Shown: one piece after another, positions 6,800-12,404 of the stretch
How positions within the stretch are numbered: the first letter of the stretch is position 1
Layout of the letters: each line of letters starts with the position of its first letter
Origin: an uncultured Candidatus Rokubacteria bacterium
Lineage (GTDB): Bacteria > Methylomirabilota > Methylomirabilia > Rokubacteriales > CSP1-6
Direction: 5' to 3'
Assembly: GCA_963747235.1 (NCBI GenBank)
Contig: CAVVEU010000035.1
Coordinates: 1-12,404, forward strand
Length of the DNA: 12,404 nt
The notes under the pieces: generated by a model
The model's input: only the letters and a program-made list of their open reading frames with translations
Databases searched by the model: none
What the model was told of the DNA's origin: nothing
Program-made: the position numbers and the translations under genes

Positions 6800-8782
6800 T
6801 CATCGGGATGACGGAGCGATCCCCACGATGGCGCGCTGGTCCTCGTCGATCGTGAAGCGAATCTTCTCGCCCGGCCGAAGCCCCTCCAGGAGGGTCGCCG
6901 GGCTCACCAAGTAGTTCATGACCATCGCGGCCATGAAGCCCGGGATCTCCTCGTGATCGACCACGAGCCGTGACTTACGCGCGTCGACCGCCACCACGAC
7001 GCCGCGGGCTTCGTGGAGGTGGCTCGATGCTACCGGCTCCGGGGTCGGGGGCCCGCCACGACCCACCACGATCTCGCCGTGCATGCCCATCTCCTCGTGA
7101 GTGGCGACGTGGCAGTGGAAGGGTAGGGTGATGTCGCGGTCCGGGGTCACGAAGCGGGCGCTCTTGGTGGCGGGACCACGGAATTCCAGCAAGAACATCG
7201 GGTTCAGCCCCGGAATCATGAGGGCGTGCCGGACCGAGTCGGTGTTCTCCACGACGAGCTCGACTTCCTGGCAGGGTTCGGCGTGAAGCACACGGGGCTC
7301 GAAGCCGTAAACCTCGCCGGGCCGCGCTGGCCGGGTTCCTTCCTTCACGGTGAGACGCTGGAAAGTGCGTGGGCGCGGACAGGACGTGGCGACAATTCGG
7401 TGCTCCGCCGCCGTCTCGTCACGCCTCGGTGCGGCGGGCAGGCGCCGCGTCGGATAGGGCGCAACCTCGGCTTGGGTCTCGCCGGCCTGCGGATCGGCGT
7501 CGGCGGGGGCGTGGAAGATGGACGGGTCGAACACCGGGATCGTGCCGCGATAGTACTCGGGATCGAAGAAGCGCTTGAGGCTGGTTGCCACCTTCGGAAG
7601 GCCATCCGGCGCCCGGAATCCCTCGTAGATGATCGTGGTGAGGTCGCCGCCGGGATTGATGCCGTTGTTGGTCACCGCCTGCTCCGTGTGGTCGTGCATG
7701 AGCCAGACCCCCGGGCCCGAGGCGTAGCGCCCGTCGTGGCCTGGGCGGAGCTCGAGGTCCACGCGCTGGGCCGGGAGCACCGAGAAGACGTCCCGGGTGA
7801 GCCGCTGGGCGGGCGGCACCGGATAGCCGTCCAGGGCGGTGATGATCGGGTGGTGTCCGTGGGTGTGAAGCGCGATCGTGCGCGCCCCCGCGTTGAGGAT
7901 CCGGAGCTTGACCCGTTCTCCCGAGCGCACGTCGATCGGGGTGTCCCGGAGCGTGAACGGGAAGGATCGGCCATTGAGGAGGAAGATGTTCGGCCGGCGC
8001 TGCGTGGTGTCGTAGTCGCGGTGCATGCGGCGCTCGATCTCCCTCGGGTTGGTGCTCGTCGCGGGGATCTGGTTGAGCCGATCGTCGATGTCCATGTAGA
8101 CGAGGGAGTACTCTCGGGCGTATCCCTCGTCGAGCTCGGCCTTCGCGAGATCGGCAATTCGCCCCGCGCCGACGATCAGGTGCCGGAAATTGTTCCGCGG
8201 CCGATTCGGCTCGACAATGAACATGCCGGCCAGCCCCATCAGCACGTGCACGTCGGTCTGGACGTGGCAGTGATACCAGAAGGTGCCCGGCTGGCGCGCG
8301 ACGAACTCGTAGGTGAAGGTCTCGCCCGGGCGCACGGGCGCCTGGGTGAAATCGGGGACCCCATCCATCGCGTTCGCATGGATGGTCCCGTGTACGTGAA
8401 TCGTGTGCGGAAGGTAGTGCGTGTTGTGCAGGTGGATCCGGACGTGGTCGCCCACCTCGACCCGGATGGTCGGGCTGGGCACGCGGGCCGGTGAGCACAT
8501 GCCCTTGCCCTCGGGCGCGAATACCCAGAACGTCTCGAACTGGCCCGGGTAGACTTCCTCCTGGATCTCGTCTACCTCGAGATGGATGTCGATCTCGTCC
8601 GGATCGCCATCGCCGTCGAGATCGCGGCCCAGCACCACCGCGCGCTCTGTCGCGCAGGGTATGGGTGGCTCCCGCCACCGGCCGGCCGGCGGCTCGACGG
8701 CCGTGCCGGTCGGTGGCCAGAATCCGGAGAGCGCGGCCAGCATCCCCAGGACCGCGAAGGGTGGGCATAGCCGGGCGCGCAT
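6800..8782 (-). CDS. Secreted multicopper oxidase: two-domain MCO core + extra cupredoxin domain + C-terminal CusF-like domain
   Basis: N-terminal hydrophobic signal. Domain 1: HTIHVHG and WYHCHVQTDVHVLMGL. Domain 2: LHTHGH and WLMHDH. Domain 3: RHAL...FHCHVATHEEMGM. C-terminus: GVVVAVD...VVDHEEIPGFMAAMVMNY...LRPGEKIRF. Confidence 0.9.
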   Translation of the reverse strand: MRARLCPPFAVLGMLAALSGFWPPTGTAVEPPAGRWREPPIPCATERAVVLGRDLDGDGDPDEIDIHLEVDEIQEEVYPGQFETFWVFAPEGKGMCSPARVPSPTIRVEVGDHVRIHLHNTHYLPHTIHVHGTIHANAMDGVPDFTQAPVRPGETFTYEFVARQPGTFWYHCHVQTDVHVLMGLAGMFIVEPNRPRNNFRHLIVGAGRIADLAKAELDEGYAREYSLVYMDIDDRLNQIPATSTNPREIERRMHRDYDTTQRRPNIFLLNGRSFPFTLRDTPIDVRSGERVKLRILNAGARTIALHTHGHHPIITALDGYPVPPAQRLTRDVFSVLPAQRVDLELRPGHDGRYASGPGVWLMHDHTEQAVTNNGINPGGDLTTIIYEGFRAPDGLPKVATSLKRFFDPEYYRGTIPVFDPSIFHAPADADPQAGETQAEVAPYPTRRLPAAPRRDETAAEHRIVATSCPRPRTFQRLTVKEGTRPARPGEVYGFEPRVLHAEPCQEVELVVENTDSVRHALMIPGLNPMFLLEFRGPATKSARFVTPDRDITLPFHCHVATHEEMGMHGEIVVGRGGPPTPEPVASSHLHEARGVVVAVDARKSRLVVDHEEIPGFMAAMVMNYLVSPATLLEGLRPGEKIRFTIDEDQRAIVGIAPSSR

Positions 8783-8788
8783 GGGCGG

Positions 8789-9178
8789 CTACTTCTTCAT
8801 GCCGGACATCCCGGGCATGCTCATCCCGGGCCCTCCGCTCTTCATGAAGTGCCAGTGGAGAATATCGGCCGCGTCGGCCGATCCGCGCGCCGCTTCGGCC
8901 CGGGCGATCGCCCGGGCCCGGTCGACGTCTCCCCTGGGGTGATCGCAGGTATGGCGGGCTCCGTCGAGGGTCTTCCTGGCCTCATCGAGCAGCCCGCGAA
9001 CGCTCCGCGTCTGGTCGTTCGGCATCTTCTCCATCCCCTTCATATCATCGGTCACCTTGTCGATGGCCGCCTGGGCCGTCGTGACGTGTGCCCCGCAGTC
9101 GATGTCCTCCGCGAAGGCGGGGACAGTGAACAGAGTCAGGCTCAGCGGAGCTATGGCGAGAAACGTGAGTGTGCGCAT
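8789..9178 (-). CDS. Small secreted helical protein with a Met-rich tail (candidate copper-binding protein)
   Basis: ATG 9178 with a GGAGGT RBS; signal peptide ending PAFA|ED; 129 aa; two Cys; C-terminus HWHFMKSGGPGMSMPGMSGMKK; stop lies 6 nt before the MCO start. Confidence 0.8.
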   Translation of the reverse strand: MRTLTFLAIAPLSLTLFTVPAFAEDIDCGAHVTTAQAAIDKVTDDMKGMEKMPNDQTRSVRGLLDEARKTLDGARHTCDHPRGDVDRARAIARAEAARGSADAADILHWHFMKSGGPGMSMPGMSGMKK

Positions 9179-9280
9179 GACGTGACCTCCGCGTCCCACG
9201 TGTAGTTGGGCGCGATTGGGCAGACCGTGAAGTGGTGGCCCCACAGCCGGCCGGCCGCGGAGCCCCGAGGGGCACTGCGC

Positions 9281-9592
9281 CTAGGCGGGCGAGCGAGGCG
9301 GTGAACGGCCCGTCGCGGCCCAGACCGGCTGCAGAACGGCCGCGATCAAGTCTTGCTCCTCGCGCTCGATCCGACGGAGGAGGGGAGGGAGGACGATGGG
9401 CAGGTGGTCGATGTTGACCCCTTGCACGTTGGATGAAGCCGCCGCGAGAGCGCAGCGTGACGCGGCGTCGTGGTCCGGCAGGTGGTGGACGGAATGGACC
9501 CCGTCCGCGAACGCGAACACGCCAAGCGCCCCGACCAGGGCGAGAGCTGCGACCCGGCTACGCACGAGACTGTGTCGTGTCTCCTGAGCCAT
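9281..9592 (-). CDS. DUF2946/CruR/CutF-like leader protein with an N-terminal hydrophobic segment, a His/Cys cluster and a C-terminal RSPP motif
   Basis: 103 aa: AALALVGALGVFAFA, then HSVHHLPDHDAASRC, ending ATGRSPPRSPA*. It is the first gene of a copper-protein operon; AAGGAG lies upstream. Confidence 0.7.
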   Translation of the reverse strand: MAQETRHSLVRSRVAALALVGALGVFAFADGVHSVHHLPDHDAASRCALAAASSNVQGVNIDHLPIVLPPLLRRIEREEQDLIAAVLQPVWAATGRSPPRSPA

Positions 9593-9607
9593 CCTTCAGA
9601 AAACTCC

Positions 9608-9635
9608 TTGAGAGTATATCGTGAGACGATACAAT
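9608..9635 (+). promoter_or_regulatory. Sigma70-type promoter for marR-pal-clc
   Basis: TTGAGA (9608-9613), 16 bp spacer, TACAAT (9630-9635). ATG 9643 lies 7 nt downstream with no SD. Confidence 0.6.
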
Positions 9636-9641
9636 CGTCCA
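9613..9641 (-). promoter_or_regulatory. Sigma70-type promoter for the leftward copper operon
   Basis: On the minus strand: TGGACG (9641-9636), 17 bp spacer, TATACT (9618-9613). Confidence 0.5.
9617..9639. promoter_or_regulatory. Candidate MarR operator (two interlocked inverted repeats)
   Basis: TATCGT-gag-ACGATA (9617-9631) and GACGAT-aca-ATCGTC (9625-9639), lying over both predicted promoters. Confidence 0.65.
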
Positions 9642-9642
9642 G

Positions 9643-10113
9643 ATGCTCAGGAAGAAGCGCGCTCCCCGCGGCCCCCGGCAGGTCGACTACTGGACGCTGG
9701 CCGAGCTGCGATATCAGATCAGGTGCTTTCTGCGGACCCGGGAAGTGGCCGCGCGCAAGGTGGGCGTCGCGCCTCAACAGTATCTGCTCCTTCTCCAGGC
9801 CAAGGGGCTGCAGGGTCGTCAGCCGGTCACGCTGGGGACTCTCGCCGAGCGGCTACAACTGCGGCATCACAGCGCGGTGGAGCTCGTGGACCGACTGGCG
9901 CGTCGGGGCATGTTGGTCCGCCGCACCGACGCCCGCGACCGTCGCAGCGTGCTGGTGGAGCTGCGACCCGCCGGCGAGGCCGTGCTGAAGCGCCTGGCCC
10001 TGCATTCGCTGAACGAGCTTCGGACGGAAGGCCCCGCGCTGGTGTCCGCGCTGCGGCGACTCACGAGGGGGATTCCGCAAGAGGCAAGAAACACCCAAAC
10101 GAGGAGAACATGA
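9643..10113 (+). CDS. MarR family transcriptional regulator
   Basis: Winged-HTH motifs PQQYLLLL, TLGTLAERLQLRHHSAVELVDRLARRGML and DARDRRSVLVELRPAG. Confidence 0.92.
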   Translation: MLRKKRAPRGPRQVDYWTLAELRYQIRCFLRTREVAARKVGVAPQQYLLLLQAKGLQGRQPVTLGTLAERLQLRHHSAVELVDRLARRGMLVRRTDARDRRSVLVELRPAGEAVLKRLALHSLNELRTEGPALVSALRRLTRGIPQEARNTQTRRT

Positions 10114-10114
10114 C

Positions 10115-10672
10115 ATGGGCAGATGGCTACGATGCGCTCCGGTCCTGATGTCACTGATCGTGCTCGCCGCGGTGGTGAGCGGTTGCCCGAAGCGGCCGGG
10201 GACCGCGATCACCTCGGCGCCGCCTCCCTCCGGGACCGGGCGGTCCGCGCAGGCGTCGGCGATGGTTCCCGCGTCGACCGCGTCGCCGTCCAAGGGGTCG
10301 TCCGTCACCCCGTCACCCAGCGAGTTCGCCGAGACCGACCGGCTGAAGGACATCCACTTCGACTTCGACAAGTACGAGCTCCGACCCGAGGACGCAAAGG
10401 TCCTGGATGCGAACGCGGCCTGGCTCAAGTCGCGGCCGGAGGATCTGGTTCTCCTCGAGGGGCACTGCGACGAGCGGGGCACCAGCGAGTACAACCTGGC
10501 CCTGGGAGAGCGGCGGGCCAGGGCGGCCATGAATTACCTGGTCGCGCAGGGGGTCCAGGCACGCCGGATCACCTTGATCTCCTACGGCAAGGAGCGTCCG
10601 GCTTGCACGAGCCACGATGAGGCCTGCTGGGCCGTCAACCGGCGCGCCCACTTCCTGGTGAAAGCCCGCTAG
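10115..10672 (+). CDS. pal: Peptidoglycan-associated lipoprotein (OmpA-like domain)
   Basis: Lipobox VSG|C, Ser/Pro linker, IHFDFDKY, EGHCDERGTSEYNLALGERRA, ISYGKERP and NRRAHF; GAGGAG RBS inside the marR 3' end. Confidence 0.9.
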   Translation: MGRWLRCAPVLMSLIVLAAVVSGCPKRPGTAITSAPPPSGTGRSAQASAMVPASTASPSKGSSVTPSPSEFAETDRLKDIHFDFDKYELRPEDAKVLDANAAWLKSRPEDLVLLEGHCDERGTSEYNLALGERRARAAMNYLVAQGVQARRITLISYGKERPACTSHDEACWAVNRRAHFLVKAR

Positions 10673-10677
10673 TGGTA

Positions 10678-10714
10678 CGGGTGCCGGTGCGGTGAGATCG
10701 GGCGCCGGCACCCG
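10678..10714 (+). other. GC-rich stem-loop between pal and clc
   Basis: CGGGTGCCGGTGC (10678-10690) pairs with GCGCCGGCACCCG (10702-10714): 13 bp with one G-U pair. No U-tract follows. Confidence 0.5.
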
Positions 10715-10765
10715 GCCCGTGACCGGTCCGACGTCACCCCCTCCCGGGGGCACACTGGAATTGAT

Positions 10766-12136
10766 ATGCACTCGCCCCAGGAGCAGCGCTGGGCCCGGAT
10801 GTTCGCGGAGCACGGCACGCTGGTCGCGAGCCTCTTCAAGTGGACCCTGCTGGCCGCCGCGGTCGGCGGGCTGGCCGGGGTCGGGACTACGGTCTTCCTC
10901 CGCACGCTCGACTGGGCGATGGCGGCAATGGCGGGAGCGCCCCTGCGCCTGGCGTGGCTCCCGGCCGGGTTCGTGGTCGCGTATGTTCTCGTTCGCTTCC
11001 TCGCCCCCGACGCCGAGGGCCACGGCACCGACAAGGTGATCGAGGCCGTCCACCAGCGGTCCGGTCGTATCCCGCTCGTGGTGGCTCCGGTGAAGCTCCT
11101 GGCCACGGTGGTGACGATCGGGGTCGGCGGCTCGGTAGGCAAGGAGGGGCCCGCCGCGCAGATCGGCGCGGCGCTGGCCTCGGCGCTCGCCTCGCTGCTC
11201 CGGCTCGGCCGGCGCGATCGTCGCAAGATCGTGATCTGCGGCATCGGAGCCGGGTTCGCCACTGTCTTCGGCACGCCGATCGCGGGCGCGATCTTCGGCC
11301 TCGAGGTGCTCGTGCTGGGCTCGTTGATGTACGACGTGCTCTATCCATCGTTCGTGGCCGGCATCGTCGGCTATCACGTGGCCAGCCAGCTTGGCGTCCA
11401 GTACTTCCACCACGCGCTGCCGGCGCTGCCTCCTCCCACCGAGCGTGTCTTCGGTGCCTCGCTGGTGGTCGGGATGGCTTGCGGCGTGGTCGCGCTGCTG
11501 CTGATCGAGGCGCTTCGCTGGGTCCACGGCCTGGCCCACCGCGTGCCTGCGCCAGGCTGGGTGGTCGCGGCGGGTGGCGGCGCGCTCCTCGCGCTCGGCG
11601 CGTGGCTCGTATCCGATCGGTATCTCGGGTTGGGTCTGGGGACGCTCGAAGCCGCCGTCCGCGGGGACACGATTTCACCCGAGCAGCCGCTGCTGAAGAT
11701 ACTGTTCACCGCCGTTTCGCTCGGGGTCGGCGGCAGCGGCGGCATCGTGACGCCGATCTTCTTCATCGGCGCCACCACCGGCAGCACGCTCGGTCGCGCG
11801 ATGGGCTTGGATCCCGGCATGTTCGCCGCGATCGGGATGGTGGCGATGCTCGCGGGTGCCGCGAACGCCCCGCTGGCCGCCTCGGTCATGGCCATCGAGC
11901 TGTTCGGCCCGGCGATCGGCTCCTTCGCCGCCATCGCGGCGATCGTGGCGTTCATCATGTCCGGCCACCGCAGTGTCTACCCGAGTCAGGTGCTCGGCAT
12001 GCCGAAAGCCCGCTCGCTTGGTGTCCGCCGCGGTGTGGAGCTGAGGCACACGCTCGAGATCGACGTCCGGCTCGTCCGCGTGCGCTGGCGCGCCCTCCAG
12101 AGGATACTCGCGCGATTCCGCCGCCCGCGTGGCTGA
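10766..12136 (+). CDS. CLC family chloride channel/anion transporter (no CBS domains)
   Basis: Many hydrophobic segments; GHGTD, GGSVGKEGP, AGFATVFGTPIAGAIFGLE, GGSGGIVTPIFFIGA, NAPLAASVMAIELFG and SVYPSQ. Confidence 0.93.
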   Translation: MHSPQEQRWARMFAEHGTLVASLFKWTLLAAAVGGLAGVGTTVFLRTLDWAMAAMAGAPLRLAWLPAGFVVAYVLVRFLAPDAEGHGTDKVIEAVHQRSGRIPLVVAPVKLLATVVTIGVGGSVGKEGPAAQIGAALASALASLLRLGRRDRRKIVICGIGAGFATVFGTPIAGAIFGLEVLVLGSLMYDVLYPSFVAGIVGYHVASQLGVQYFHHALPALPPPTERVFGASLVVGMACGVVALLLIEALRWVHGLAHRVPAPGWVVAAGGGALLALGAWLVSDRYLGLGLGTLEAAVRGDTISPEQPLLKILFTAVSLGVGGSGGIVTPIFFIGATTGSTLGRAMGLDPGMFAAIGMVAMLAGAANAPLAASVMAIELFGPAIGSFAAIAAIVAFIMSGHRSVYPSQVLGMPKARSLGVRRGVELRHTLEIDVRLVRVRWRALQRILARFRRPRG

Positions 12137-12299
12137 CGCCGATCGGCTGCCCAGCGTGAAGCTGAAGCTGCCGGTGAGAATCACCGACTGCAGCCGGGGG
12201 ATCCACTGGACCATCGGCAACTCCGTGTCCACCGGAGCCGCGACGACATCGACCGGGAGTGGGCGCGGGGCGAAAGACCGTGCGCTCCAAGACTGCCGC

Positions 12300-12328
12300 T
12301 TGACGGTACCGTAACCGCTGGCTAGCAT
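12300..12328 (+). promoter_or_regulatory. Sigma70-type promoter for a gene beyond the window, with a palindrome overlapping the -35
   Basis: TTGACG (12300-12305), 17 bp spacer, TAGCAT (12323-12328); perfect palindrome ACGGTACCGT at 12303-12312. Confidence 0.5.
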
Positions 12329-12404
12329 GGCGCGTGGTGATCGGACCGTATGTAGCGCGGGAAAGTGAGTGTGCGCGGTGTCGCGACCGATAGGTGACGC
12401 GGTG

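Noticed and set aside
6800-8782. Copper nitrite reductase (nirK) call for the MCO
   Set aside because: It has HxH/HCH pairs for a trinuclear cluster (HTIHVH, HCH, HTH, HDH) rather than the NirK HNIDFH/YHCA pattern.
10673-10765. Fluoride riboswitch upstream of clc
   Set aside because: I cannot see the GGCGAUGGUGUUCGCC-like 5' element or the GCUGAUGAC-like 3' element, and the CLC lacks the CLC-F signatures.
686-11678. Many long antisense or alternate-frame ORFs (e.g. 686-1672, 2894-4099, 5080-6276, 7226-8494, 10313-11539)
   Set aside because: They are typical high-GC shadow ORFs opposite or over well-supported genes and carry no recognisable motifs.
12137-12299. Possible small gene or remnant after clc (ORFs 11675-12328 minus, 12129-12314 plus)
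   Set aside because: No recognisable motif or RBS, and the minus-strand ORF runs deep into clc.
6705-12299. Copper/CLC block as a mobile genomic island
   Set aside because: Codon usage looks slightly less biased by eye, but there is no integrase, transposase, tRNA or flanking repeat; a GC3 or tetranucleotide computation would be needed.

Overview
High-GC bacterial window with two parts. The left part (1-6704) is a metabolic block: the tail of a Zn-dependent dehydrogenase, a glutathione peroxidase bracketed by two 31-bp direct repeats, an enolase-superfamily (MR/MLE) enzyme, a minus-strand operon of Zn-ADH plus a split ComD/ComE-like ThDP decarboxylase, and a divergent operon of D-2-hydroxyacid dehydrogenase, Cys-less thiolase-like protein and DUF35 protein. 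The right part (6800-12136) is a divergon around a 50-bp control region with overlapping promoters and an inverted-repeat operator. Its leftward arm encodes a His-rich, RSPP-ending leader protein (CruR/CutF-like arrest-peptide candidate), a small Met-rich secreted protein, and an unusual multicopper oxidase fused to an extra cupredoxin and a CusF-like domain. Its rightward arm encodes a probably leaderless MarR regulator, an orphan Pal lipoprotein and a CLC transporter with atypical selectivity motifs. This copper/anion divergon is the best candidate for an undescribed system. All family calls come from motif recognition, not database searches.
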